NCBI GenBank assembly: GCA_963827685.1
Contig: CAWHBU010000003.1
Span: 736,001-800,000 of the forward strand
Reading direction: 5' to 3'
DNA from: an uncultured delta proteobacterium
Lineage (GTDB): Bacteria; Desulfobacterota; BSN033; UBA1163
Length of the DNA: 64,000 nucleotides
Shown here: positions 1 through 9,465 of the stretch, in pieces
Layout: every line of letters starts with the position of its first letter
How positions within the stretch are numbered: the first letter of the stretch is position 1
Translations under genes and position numbers: made by a program
The notes under the pieces: model-generated
Told to the model about the DNA's origin: nothing
The model's input: the letters and a program-made list of their open reading frames with translations, nothing else
Database searches by the model: none

Positions 1-2
1 AT

Positions 3-1892
3 GTCAACAGGGCGACGGAGCTTGCGACCGGTGTTCCCCGTGACCAACTCATCGGAAGCGATTTTTCCGATTACTTCACCGAACCCGAGAAAGCAAGAGA
101 GGGGTACCGGCAGGTGTTTGAGATAGGATCGGTGAAGGATTATCCTCTCTCCATCCGACATACATCAGGGAATATCATTGAGGTATTATACAATGCGGCA
201 GTATATCGGAATGAAGCTGGAGAGGTGCAAGGTGTCTTTGCGGCTGCACGGGATATCACCGAGCGAAAAAGAGCCGAAGAGGCTGCTCAGGCCCAATACG
301 CTCTCCGTGAGGCTATAGAAAACTCGCTTGTCGCCGGTATCATGGTTGTGGAAAAAGATGGAAAGCTCGCTCATGCAAATCCTGCCTTCTACAGGATGAC
401 GGGGTGGAAGGAAGAAGAATTGATAGGATCAATGCCGCCCTTTGCCTTTTGGCCACCCGAAACCTTGGGAATTCGCACCGAGTCTCTTCGCGCATTGCTA
501 AGCGGGAAGATACCGCTGAAAAGCTTTGAAGCCCGTCTCCGCCGAAAAAATGGAGAGAGTTTCGATGCCCTTGTAGTGGTCTCGTCTTTAAAAAACGCTC
601 AAGGAAAGGCGCTGGGATGGGTTGCTTCGATCGGAGATATTACCCAACGAAAGGAAACGGAAAGGCAAATCAACGCAACCAATGCCTTGCTCAGTCTATT
701 TTCGAAAAAATCTTTACGAAAGGAATACCTGAATTCAGTGGTCGATCTCATTCAAAGTTGGAGCGGATGCCGATGTGTAGGCATCCGAGTGTTGAATAAG
801 CAGGGGGGCATCCCTTATGAGTCCTATGTGGGGTTCAGCCGGGAATTCTGGGAATCGGAGAATTGGCTTTCGGTTCAAAGGGATCAGTGCGTTTGCATCC
901 GCATTGTCACTGGAAAATCGGATCCCCAGGATATCTCCGTCATAACGCCAGGGGGGTCATTTCGTTGTGGCAACACAATAGAATTTGTAAACCATCTTTC
1001 AGAGGAGGAAAAATCGAGATATCGAGGCGTCTGTATACAAAATGGATTCCTTTCTGTGACGATCATCCCGATTCGCTACCTTGACAAAATAGTGGGGGCA
1101 ATTCATCTGGCCGATGAAAGAGAGGCATTCATGCCGTTAAGTATCGTGGAATTCCTTGAGTCCATGGCACCTCTCATCGGAGAAGCGGTCAACAGGCTTA
1201 ATTTGGAAGAGGAATTACGGGAATCGGAGAATCGGCTCCGCTCCCTCTCTTCACACCTTTTAACCGTTCAGGAAAATGAGAGGAAAAGGATTGCTATGGA
1301 ACTCCATGATAGCATTGGACAAATGTTGACTGCTATCAAATTCAAAGTAGAGAATACCCTCCAAGAAAAGGGTAAGGGCAAGGCGAGAGCAAGAGAAAAA
1401 TCATTAGAGGCTATCGTTCCAATGGTTAGAGAAAGCGTTCAAGAAGTCAGAAGAATTCAGATGGATTTGCGCCCTTCCACTCTGGATGACCTGGGGATCT
1501 TAGCCACCCTGGGGTGGTTCTGCCGGGAATATCAAAGAATCTATTCTCGCATTCGCATCGAAAAAGAGATTGGCCTCCAGGAAAACGAAGTCTCTCCCAT
1601 TCTTAAGACCGTGATCTACCGATTGACGCAGGAGGCCCTGAACAATATCGCCAAGCACAGCAAGGCAGAGCTCGTTCATCTCTCACTGAGAAAAAAAGGC
1701 GACAGGATAGAATTGGTCATTAAAGATAACGGGACGGGATTCGACTTAGCAGAAACCCTTTCCTCGGAAAGATCTAAGAGAGGATTGGGGCTTAATAGCA
1801 TGAGAGAACGGGCCGAACTCTCGGGAGGGACTTTTGAGATCGAAACGACCATGGGAAAAGGAACGGTGATCAAAGCCAGTTGGCCAATTTGA
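3..1892 (+). CDS. PAS/GAF sensor histidine kinase, HisKA_3 (NarX/UhpB-type); 5' end lies outside the window
   Basis: Frame is open from position 3 (VNRATELATG...PAS). Contains PAS/PAC repeats, a GAF region, H-box ERKRIAMELHDSIGQ, N-box EALNNIAKHS and G-boxes DNGTGF/GLGL. Confidence 0.9.
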   Translation, partial: VNRATELATGVPRDQLIGSDFSDYFTEPEKAREGYRQVFEIGSVKDYPLSIRHTSGNIIEVLYNAAVYRNEAGEVQGVFAAARDITERKRAEEAAQAQYALREAIENSLVAGIMVVEKDGKLAHANPAFYRMTGWKEEELIGSMPPFAFWPPETLGIRTESLRALLSGKIPLKSFEARLRRKNGESFDALVVVSSLKNAQGKALGWVASIGDITQRKETERQINATNALLSLFSKKSLRKEYLNSVVDLIQSWSGCRCVGIRVLNKQGGIPYESYVGFSREFWESENWLSVQRDQCVCIRIVTGKSDPQDISVITPGGSFRCGNTIEFVNHLSEEEKSRYRGVCIQNGFLSVTIIPIRYLDKIVGAIHLADEREAFMPLSIVEFLESMAPLIGEAVNRLNLEEELRESENRLRSLSSHLLTVQENERKRIAMELHDSIGQMLTAIKFKVENTLQEKGKGKARAREKSLEAIVPMVRESVQEVRRIQMDLRPSTLDDLGILATLGWFCREYQRIYSRIRIEKEIGLQENEVSPILKTVIYRLTQEALNNIAKHSKAELVHLSLRKKGDRIELVIKDNGTGFDLAETLSSERSKRGLGLNSMRERAELSGGTFEIETTMGKGTVIKASWPI

Positions 1893-1893
1893 T

Positions 1894-1921
1894 TGCGGAA
1901 TGCGGAGTGCGGATTGCTGAG
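1894..1921. repeat. Heptamer tandem array (TGCGGAN)x4, left arm
   Basis: tgcggaa tgcggag tgcggat tgctgag, directly after the kinase stop codon. Confidence 0.9.
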
Positions 1922-1924
1922 TAA

Positions 1925-2344
1925 ATGAACTACTCCCTTGATATAGAACACGGAATGAAAATGAATGAATACAAGAACATGACAGGTGAAAAACAGAATT
2001 ATCTTAAAGAACGGACAAAGATGTTTGCTTTGCAGATAATTAAATTGGTTGAACAATTGCCAAAAGGGCGAACGGCAGATGTCATTGGAAGGCAGTTATT
2101 AGAGTCGGGTACCTCTGTCGGAGCCAATTACCGTGCTGCAAGCAGGGCAAGATCGCCTGCTGACTTCATCTCGAAGATGGGAATTGTTGAGGAAGAGGCC
2201 GACGAAACAATATATTGGATGGAGCTTCTTGTTCTTTCAGGATTAATTCATAAATCCGATATAACAAACCTACTAGATGAAGCAAACCAAATTTTAGCCA
2301 TGACCGTTTCTTCAATCAAGACGGCAAAAACAAGAAAAAAATGA
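1925..2344 (+). CDS. Four-helix bundle protein (23S rRNA IVP / bAvd-like family); start may be 1955-1979
   Basis: LKERTKMFALQII, QLLESGTSVGANYRAA, DFISKMGIVEEEADETIYWMELL. Confidence 0.9.
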   Translation: MNYSLDIEHGMKMNEYKNMTGEKQNYLKERTKMFALQIIKLVEQLPKGRTADVIGRQLLESGTSVGANYRAASRARSPADFISKMGIVEEEADETIYWMELLVLSGLIHKSDITNLLDEANQILAMTVSSIKTAKTRKK

Positions 2345-2379
2345 CTCCATGTTCCGCGATCCGCACTCCGCATTCTGCA
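2345..2379. repeat. Heptamer tandem array (NTCCGCA), right arm, inverted relative to 1894-1921
   Basis: ctccatg ttccgcg atccgca ctccgca ttctgca. Confidence 0.9.
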
Positions 2380-2388
2380 TTGCGGTTA

Positions 2389-3048
2389 TCATTCACGCGA
2401 GACCAATCCCCTCTCAATGGCGAAGGTGGTCAGGGCCTGGATGTTGTGAAGATCCAATTTTTCCATGAGATTGGCCCGGTGTTTCTCAACCGTCTTGACG
2501 CTGATACAGAGATCATCTGCAATCTCTTTATTCTTGTATCCTTCGGCAATCAGCTTCAGGATCTCTCTCTCTCGCTGGGTCAGGGTTTCCCAGGATGTGC
2601 GGGATTTTAGACTCTTTTTCCCCTCTAAGTACCCTACGATCACCTTTTCTGAGATTTCAGGACTGATATAATGTTTACCGTTTAAGACTTTTTTAACTGC
2701 CATCACTAACTCGGAATGGGTAGAATCCTTTAAGATATACCCATCGGCTCCGGCCCGGAAGGTGGCCAGGATGTATTCCTCCGCCTTGTGAACGGTTAAG
2801 ACCAGGACCTTGGTCGCCGGTGATTCCCTCTTGATCTCCTTAATGGCCTCCATACCGTTCATCCTTGGCATGGAGAGGTCCGTCAGGATGAGGTCGGGTT
2901 TGAATTTCTCAGCACAGCGGATGGCCTCCCGGCCGTCTTCTGCCTCCCCCACGATCTCGAAGTTTGGATTTGAGGAAAGGAGTGACCGCAATCCCTCCCT
3001 GAGGATGGTATGATCTTCAGCGATGACAATTCGAACTTTTTGGCTCAT
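2389..3048 (-). CDS. NarL/FixJ-family response regulator (receiver + LuxR HTH)
   Basis: IVIAEDH...DLSMP receiver; LTQREREILKLIAEG...TVEKHRANLMEKL. Confidence 0.95.
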   Translation of the reverse strand: MSQKVRIVIAEDHTILREGLRSLLSSNPNFEIVGEAEDGREAIRCAEKFKPDLILTDLSMPRMNGMEAIKEIKRESPATKVLVLTVHKAEEYILATFRAGADGYILKDSTHSELVMAVKKVLNGKHYISPEISEKVIVGYLEGKKSLKSRTSWETLTQREREILKLIAEGYKNKEIADDLCISVKTVEKHRANLMEKLDLHNIQALTTFAIERGLVSRE

Positions 3049-3195
3049 GAGTTAGATTCCTCCTCTCCCGATCTACCCACCTTATGGTAGATATCCTTCT
3101 TACTTAGTTTTACCCCCAAAAATACTGTATAACCCTCGTCCAATTACAGTGTATACCCTATTTACCATTTTTGTAACTATTAGTAAAGTAGATGC

Positions 3196-3627
3196 ATGAT
3201 GGGTAGAGAAGGAAAGTCGATGAGAGTAGATATGGAACGCGTATTAATTGTTGAGGATAACCCTTTCTTCCTGCAATTTCTCAAGGAGACCCTCCATTCC
3301 CGATTCCCTTCAATAGATATTCTTGAAGCAGCCAACGGAGAGGAGGCGATGCAGAAGATAAAGACGCTCAAGCCCGAAGCCATCTTTATGGACCTCAGAT
3401 TGCCCGGGGAAAACGGCCTCGAATTAACAAAAAAGATAAAGGCCGAACATCCGGACATCATCGTCGTCATTATTACAAATTATGATTTACCGGAATATCG
3501 AGAGGCTGCATACCAGTGTAAGGCAGATCATTTCCTTTCAAAGGATTCCTTTCTGAATATGATAAATTCTATTTTACCAAATCGAAATACTGGTCAGGAT
3601 GATTCACATCGCAAGCAACCATCTTAA
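3196..3627 (+). CDS. Single-domain response regulator; start may be 3220 or 3232
   Basis: VLIVEDN, FMDLRLPGENG. Confidence 0.85.
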   Translation: MMGREGKSMRVDMERVLIVEDNPFFLQFLKETLHSRFPSIDILEAANGEEAMQKIKTLKPEAIFMDLRLPGENGLELTKKIKAEHPDIIVVIITNYDLPEYREAAYQCKADHFLSKDSFLNMINSILPNRNTGQDDSHRKQPS

Positions 3628-3643
3628 AGGGGGTCAATTTACC

Positions 3644-4045
3644 GTGCCCAAAGCATTGCTCGTTGAGGATAGCACCATTTTCCGAAAATTACTTAAAGAG
3701 ACCCTGCATTCTGGATTTCCGTCCCTGGAGATTTCTGAGGCGACAGATGGGGAGGAAGCGATGCAAGAAATTGACGCCCGACCACCTGACCTCATCTTCA
3801 TGGACATCAAATTACGCGGAGAAAACGGCCTTGAGCTAACTGCAAAGATAAAAGACAAATATCCTGACGTAATCGTCATCATTCTGACGAGTTACGATAC
3901 CCCGGAATATCGAGAGGCAGCGGTTCGAGCCAAAGCTGACCATTTTCTTTCAAAAGGTTCATCAAGCAAAGAGGGTATTTTGGCATTAGTTGAGTCTATT
4001 TGGGCTGGCCGGTGGAGGCCTACGGGCAAAGCCCGTGGTTCCTAA
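3644..4045 (+). CDS. Single-domain response regulator, tandem paralogue of the upstream gene
   Basis: GTG start after AAGGGGG; ALLVEDS, FMDIKLRGENG; the last ~10 codons come from the element at 4013. Confidence 0.85.
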   Translation: MPKALLVEDSTIFRKLLKETLHSGFPSLEISEATDGEEAMQEIDARPPDLIFMDIKLRGENGLELTAKIKDKYPDVIVIILTSYDTPEYREAAVRAKADHFLSKGSSSKEGILALVESIWAGRWRPTGKARGS

Positions 4046-4133
4046 TCAACGCCCCTGAGGGGCGACATCTCGGCCAAGAGATGGTTGCATTCATTCACGG
4101 CCGAAGGCCGTGGTTTTCTGCTGCCGGGGTAAA
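4013..4133. mobile_element. Non-autonomous hairpin-ended element (IS200/IS605-like MITE), family A
   Basis: Left end TGGAGGCCTACGGGCAAAGCCCGTGG, right end GCATTCATTCACGGCCGAAGGCCGTGGTTTTCTGC; related copy at 59028-59361. Confidence 0.65.
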
Positions 4134-4287
4134 CCCGACCTATTCCCCTCTGGCAAAGGAGATCTAAGGGGATTTTAAAAAGGAAATACCGTATTTTCCC
4201 ACATAAAATAATGGGTTTATTTAATTCACTTTTTACACCATTTTACGTAACAATACTTCTAAACCCCTAGCCCTGAGGAGGCAGCTA

Positions 4288-4665
4288 ATGAGAGATTACA
4301 AAATTCTGTTAGTGGACAGAAATCCCAAGAGCCTCCAGGAAATGAGTCTGTTCCCGGATTCAACATCCGAAGCACTAAAATGCGGACCGGACGAGAACAT
4401 TCTGAACCTGCTGAAGATCATATCGCACGATATCCGAGGGCCTCTCGTCTCAATGGTGGCAACCCTGAAGCTGCTGAATCGGGGATATTACGGGAAAATG
4501 GACGAGGACGTGGCCAATAAGATCAAGGAGCTCCTCTCAAATGCCACCCGCCTCACTGAGATATATGCGCAGAGTGGTTTAGATGAGGACAAACAAAATT
4601 GGCAAATGGCAAACCAAAAGAAAGGGGGTGGCGAAAGTGCTCCACGGTTACGGTCCGATCACTAA
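4288..4665 (+). pseudogene. Truncated histidine kinase (HisKA H-box only, no ATPase domain)
   Basis: RBS GAGGAGG; KILLVD start, then SHDIRGPLVSM; ORF ends with no N or G boxes. Confidence 0.55.
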
Positions 4666-4888
4666 AAAGATATCAAAAAAGACCTTGACCAAACATCACC
4701 CTGGAGATCGTTTTGAGGATCTCATGAGGGGGGAATTTTTCAACGGGGCATTTAAGAAAATCCTTCTGCTTTCTCACGAGTCCCCGACCCAAAGACAACT
4801 ATTCCCCTCGATCACGGGTTGAGTCGCTTATGGAATAGCTGTCATTTGGGGTAGCCCATAAAGCAGATTGAAAAGGAGGACCAAAGGA

Positions 4889-6319
4889 ATGCATTACCCG
4901 CGAATGCGCTGGCATCAATGGTTTGTTTCTTTCCCTTATATTCTTCTCATCACCTTTTTGCTTTTTCCGTCCTCTCCCGTTCAGGGAGCAGAAAAAAGGG
5001 TTGATTTAAGCACTGCCATCGTGCAGGTGGCAAGACAAACGATTCCTGCTGTCGTGCATATCGAAGTGACAGAGCGTCAAGAAGTGGCGAATCCATTCTT
5101 CCCTTTCGAAAACGATCCGTTCTTTCGCCATTTTTTTGATGTTCCCAAGATACCAAAGAAGTTCAAACGGGAGTTGAAAGGGTTGGGGACAGGGATGATC
5201 ATCGATCCCCAGGGCCACATTCTCACGAACTATCATGTGGCCGGAGGAGCGACCAAGATCGAGGTGCTTCTTTCAAACGGACAGCGATACCCGGCGAAAC
5301 TGGTGGGAGCCGATCCAAAAACAGATTTGGCGGTGATTCACATTTCGGCCAAGGAACACCTTCCCCACGTCACTTTTGGTGATTCTGACAAAGTGGAGGT
5401 GGGAGAGTGGGTGGTCGCCATTGGCCATCCCCGTGGTTTGGATCAGACGGTGACTCAAGGCATCATCAGCGCCAAGCATCGTCGCGGTATCACAGACCCC
5501 AGTAGTTATCAGGATTTTCTGCAAACGGACACAGCGATTAATCCGGGCAACAGTGGCGGTCCCCTCTTGAACCTCCAGGGCGAGGTGATCGGGGTCAACG
5601 CCGTGATCATGTCTGAGTCCGGTGGTTTTGAAGGGATTGGATTCGCTATCCCGGGCAATATGGCCCTCCATATTGCCAAGACATTGATTGTCCATGGCAA
5701 AGTGGAACGGGGCTGGCTGGGCGTTACCGTTCAGGATCTGACACCGGAATTGGCTAAAACGGTTCATGTGGAGACGCTCAAGGGCGCCTTGGTTGCTGAG
5801 GTGGTTAAAGAAGGGCCAGCGGAAAAGGCCGGACTGAAGAAAAATGACGTGATTATTGCTTACCGCGGTAAAGAGGTTCCGGATTCCGGTAGCCTCCGGA
5901 ATGAAGTGGCCGCTACACCCATCGGTCAGGAGGCAAAGTTGACCATTTTGCGCAGCGGCAAAAAAGAAGAGCTTACCATTAAGATCGGGAGTCTTGAAAC
6001 GGCCACGAAGCTATTGGCCTCCTCGATCAAAGAAAGACTTGGGGCAGAGGTAAGGCCTGTCACTTCTAAAGAGGCTGAAAAGTATGGTCTGGAGCCCAAA
6101 CAGGGTGTGGCGATCGCCTGGCTGGATTCTAAAGGGCCTCTTAAAGGGGCGGGGTTTGAGGTGGGAGATATTATTCTCGGCGTTGAGAATCAGGAGGTCG
6201 ATAGCCTTGAGACTTTTGTTAATCTGGTCGGTCCATTAAAACCAAACCAACGAATCACTCTGCTTGCCTTGGATTATCGTACCGGTAGTACAGGCGAGGT
6301 TCAGGTGGGGGTACGGTAG
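4889..6319 (+). CDS. HtrA/DegQ-family serine protease with two PDZ domains
   Basis: Signal peptide, TNYHV, DLAV, INPGNSGGPL, two PDZ regions. Confidence 0.95.
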   Translation: MHYPRMRWHQWFVSFPYILLITFLLFPSSPVQGAEKRVDLSTAIVQVARQTIPAVVHIEVTERQEVANPFFPFENDPFFRHFFDVPKIPKKFKRELKGLGTGMIIDPQGHILTNYHVAGGATKIEVLLSNGQRYPAKLVGADPKTDLAVIHISAKEHLPHVTFGDSDKVEVGEWVVAIGHPRGLDQTVTQGIISAKHRRGITDPSSYQDFLQTDTAINPGNSGGPLLNLQGEVIGVNAVIMSESGGFEGIGFAIPGNMALHIAKTLIVHGKVERGWLGVTVQDLTPELAKTVHVETLKGALVAEVVKEGPAEKAGLKKNDVIIAYRGKEVPDSGSLRNEVAATPIGQEAKLTILRSGKKEELTIKIGSLETATKLLASSIKERLGAEVRPVTSKEAEKYGLEPKQGVAIAWLDSKGPLKGAGFEVGDIILGVENQEVDSLETFVNLVGPLKPNQRITLLALDYRTGSTGEVQVGVR

Positions 6320-6554
6320 GATGAGATGAAAAAGAAGTGAGCAGAAAAAGGGTTAAGCCGATTCTTTCAAAAGTCATCCTCACATGACCGTATTATAGGG
6401 AGGTAAGGAAGACACTCATTCATGTTGAGCAGGCTCAAAAGGAAGGAGATGTGACGACGGCGTTCATGGTCAAAAAGATCCTTGAAGATGAAGGAGGCCG
6501 TCGCGACCTCTTTACCACGATGCCAAAGAGGTTTGAAGGAAATAGGAGGTGCCT

Positions 6555-6731
6555 ATGAAGTGCTATCGCTGCAGAGGTGACATGGTTTACGAAAAATTTT
6601 ATGGCCCCCACGAACACTTTTGGGGATGGCGATGCATCTTTTGTGGAGAGATTATTGATCAGGTGATTTTAGAAAATCGCGGTTCTCCAACGGGACGAGC
6701 TGTCGTCAATGGACGCACTCGGAGAAGGTGA
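6555..6731 (+). CDS. Small zinc-ribbon protein (CxxC...CxxC)
   Basis: RBS AGGAGGT; MKCYRCRG...WRCIFCGEIID. Confidence 0.75.
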   Translation: MKCYRCRGDMVYEKFYGPHEHFWGWRCIFCGEIIDQVILENRGSPTGRAVVNGRTRRR

Positions 6732-6913
6732 TACCAGATGATCATCAAAGGAGGGTATAAGGAGAACAAAAGTTCATCGGTCTCAGTGAGGAAAGCACGG
6801 TGAACCTTTTGAAACCAGGGCTTCCTTCACGGTGGGAGAAAGGAGGCCCTGCATATAAATCTTGAAACTTCGCATAAGACAATATATGATTCTATCAAAA
6901 GAGAGGTTTAAAA

Positions 6914-7276
6914 ATGACGAATATCTTCTTTTATTTGCTTTTGGGTTTGGCTGCTGGAGTGATCAGCGGTCTGATCGGCATTGGGGGAGGAACGATTATT
7001 GTCCCGGTGCTGGTCTTTTTATTTGGACTGTCTCAACACGAAGCTCAAGGGACGACATTGGCACTGTTGGTCCCCCCCATCGGTTTCCTGGCCGCGTGGA
7101 CCTACTATAAAGAAGGATATGTGGACCTGAAAATTGCCTCCCTCATCTGTCTGGGTTTCTTTTTCGGCGGTCTCATAGGGGCCAAGCTGGCCACGAGATT
7201 GTCCAGCATTGTTTTGGAGAGAGTGTTTGGAATTGCTTTGCTTTTCATCTCGTTAAAGATGATCTTTGCAAAATAA
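6914..7276 (+). CDS. TauE/SafE (TSUP) family permease, half-size
   Basis: GVISGLIGIGGGTIIVP, AQGTTLA, four hydrophobic helices. Confidence 0.85.
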   Translation: MTNIFFYLLLGLAAGVISGLIGIGGGTIIVPVLVFLFGLSQHEAQGTTLALLVPPIGFLAAWTYYKEGYVDLKIASLICLGFFFGGLIGAKLATRLSSIVLERVFGIALLFISLKMIFAK

Positions 7277-7317
7277 GAAAGAAAATATCTGTGTCATCCT
7301 CTTTGAAATCTGAGTAA

Positions 7318-8496
7318 TCAATCTTTAGCCAATTTCAGATATCCTACCAAAATAGCACCTCCAAGAAGGATCCCCCCTAAAATGATAAACCCGGTCGAGA
7401 AGGAGCTTGTCTGCCCAAGAAGTCCGATCATGGCTGGGATCACCCCACCTCCGAGAAGGAAACTCACTGGCATGATCAAAGAAACGGAAGTACTCTTGAA
7501 CTTAGCCCCTCCTATTCGCGAGAGCGCGGCAAAACCTGGCGGGAAGAAGGAAGAAGCCAACATGGGTTGAAGGAAAATGAGAAGGACCATCCATAATCCG
7601 GATGCCACACCGAGCAACGTGACAGCAATCCCATTAGCGAGAAAGATCACTTTCAAGGCTCGCTTTGGCCCCAGACGATCTGTCACCCACCCGGAAAGAA
7701 TGGCCACTCCTGCAGGAGAGATCCTGGAAAGTCCTACCAATGTATTAGCCCAGACCTGATCCATCCCTTTCTCTGAAACCAGATAAAGAGGAAACATGGC
7801 AAACATTCCGAGAGTGCCGCCAATGCCCAGGCTGAAAAGGGACATCATGACCCAGAAAGAAGGCTCCTTCAGGATGATCCGCAGAGTGCTGACATTGAGA
7901 GGCTCCCCACAGAATTTTCCTCCCCTGCCGAAAATGGAAAAAAGAATGCCGACGAGAACCGAAAAAATTCCAAATAATATGTAAATACCTTGCCAGGAAA
8001 ACCATCTTAAAGACATTTCCGCGATCAGTGGAGCCACGACAAAACTTAAGTTCGGTGCTAATTCATGAATGGAAATAGCCTTCCCCCAATCTCTCGGCTT
8101 CACCAATTCAGTGACCGTGGCAATTCCCGAAGGGAGATAGAGTCCTGCTGCCATTCCCAGCATGAAGAGTCCTAAACGAACCATCCAAAGCTGATGGCTA
8201 AGACCGACAAATAGAAGACCCCCGCCCAAGGTGACGGTGGAAAGGATGATCGTTCTCCGATGATTGATGCGAGAAGAGACAAAACTCGACCCGAGAAGCA
8301 TGATGCAATACCCAAGAGATATCAGAAAAAAGAAGGATCCTGCTTCCTCATGCCCTATTTTCAGATCCTTCTCAACGGTGGGCAACAAGGGTGACAAGAC
8401 AATCCGAGAAACGAAGTTCAAGAAGAAGATCCCTACAAGAAAGAGAAGGGGGGGCATCTGAGAACGAAACGAGGATTCTGTTTTTGGTGCGACCAC
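7318..8496 (-). CDS. MFS transporter
   Basis: About 12 TM segments; SGWVTDRLGPK motif. Confidence 0.9.
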   Translation of the reverse strand: MVAPKTESSFRSQMPPLLFLVGIFFLNFVSRIVLSPLLPTVEKDLKIGHEEAGSFFFLISLGYCIMLLGSSFVSSRINHRRTIILSTVTLGGGLLFVGLSHQLWMVRLGLFMLGMAAGLYLPSGIATVTELVKPRDWGKAISIHELAPNLSFVVAPLIAEMSLRWFSWQGIYILFGIFSVLVGILFSIFGRGGKFCGEPLNVSTLRIILKEPSFWVMMSLFSLGIGGTLGMFAMFPLYLVSEKGMDQVWANTLVGLSRISPAGVAILSGWVTDRLGPKRALKVIFLANGIAVTLLGVASGLWMVLLIFLQPMLASSFFPPGFAALSRIGGAKFKSTSVSLIMPVSFLLGGGVIPAMIGLLGQTSSFSTGFIILGGILLGGAILVGYLKLAKD

Positions 8497-8511
8497 TCCT
8501 CAACCTCGTTA

Positions 8512-9098
8512 TCAATGAAGGAAAGGAATTCGGAAGATCAGAAAGAAGCCATTGAGTGATGAGAGAGCCCCAAGCAGGCACTGACAATGGCAAAATAGAA
8601 AACTGGGCGGGATCCTGAAAGAATGGAGACGGAGGCCATCACGATGGCGATCTGAAGCAAAACTTCCCCATAGTCGAAGTAAGGATCTTTGTCTCGATTA
8701 ACATCCCTTTCGTGTTCGAGTTTTTTCGCCTCTTGCTCGATTTCTCTCTTTTCAGCATTATACCGGGCTTCCTCTTCGCCCATCTTTTTGAGCACCGCCT
8801 CAACCCGTCCTTTCACCTCTGGCTTCATCGCACTGCCTCGCTCGATCAGGTCTATCTCCAAGCGCACCTTCTGGCCCCGGTAAAGATGCTCACGTAAAAC
8901 TTTGGCCTGGTAGAAAGACCATTGGTCAGAGGACTGCTGCTGGGCGAGCAGCATCTCCTTCATCGCATTATTCCCCCCTAACGAAGTGATCGCGAGCATG
9001 ACCGCGAAGATTGCCGTGGTGAGGGCCACACGCTTCGTAAAGGCCTTCCCCTTCATCTCCTCAAGCTCTTCTGCATTTGGAAGTTCAACCTCTGTCAT
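8512..9098 (-). CDS. DUF4337-like membrane protein, with a probable frameshift near the C-terminus
   Basis: VALTTAIFAVMLAI, SDQWSFYQAK, LLQIAIVMAS; see finding for the frameshift. Confidence 0.7.
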
Positions 9099-9169
9099 AT
9101 CGATTTCCTCCCTATTATCTCTTTTAGTCCTTACTTCAGATTTAGTTAACCTCAGAGAGCGAAGCGGCA

Positions 9170-9285
9170 AAATCCCAAATTACAAACTCCAAATTCCGAT
9201 GGATAGTGACCAAAACAATCTGGTTACCATTTCAAATTTCGATCATCGGAATCTATTTGGAATTTGGTGTTTGGGATTCGGCGCT
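9170..9285. repeat. Inverted heptamer arrays (AAATYCC / GGRATTT)
   Basis: aaatccc aaattac aaactcc aaattcc ... ttggaat ttggtgt ttgggat. Confidence 0.8.
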
Positions 9286-9465
9286 TCTGATGTATATCTT
9301 CATCCCTTCCGACAGTGCTCCGTCCAAGCCTAACTGATTTCCCCATTCATCGTAGGCTTTCTTCGAAACTTCTATTTCCTTAAGAAGTCCTGCGCTCATC
9401 AGGGCATGTTTCACCGTCATCCCAGGTAAAACATCAACAGATCTCTGATTGACATGAACTTTCAT
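9253..9465 (-). CDS. Small ThiS/ubiquitin-like (beta-grasp) protein coupled to the nucleotidase
   Basis: MKVHVNQRSVDV...LSEGMKIYI pattern; start overlaps the nucleotidase stop; no C-terminal GG. Confidence 0.6.
   Translation of the reverse strand: MKVHVNQRSVDVLPGMTVKHALMSAGLLKEIEVSKKAYDEWGNQLGLDGALSEGMKIYIRSAESQTPNSK

Noticed and set aside
1925-2344. Diversity-generating retroelement around the Avd-like gene
   Set aside because: No reverse transcriptase and no TR/VR pair with adenine-specific mismatches seen in the window.
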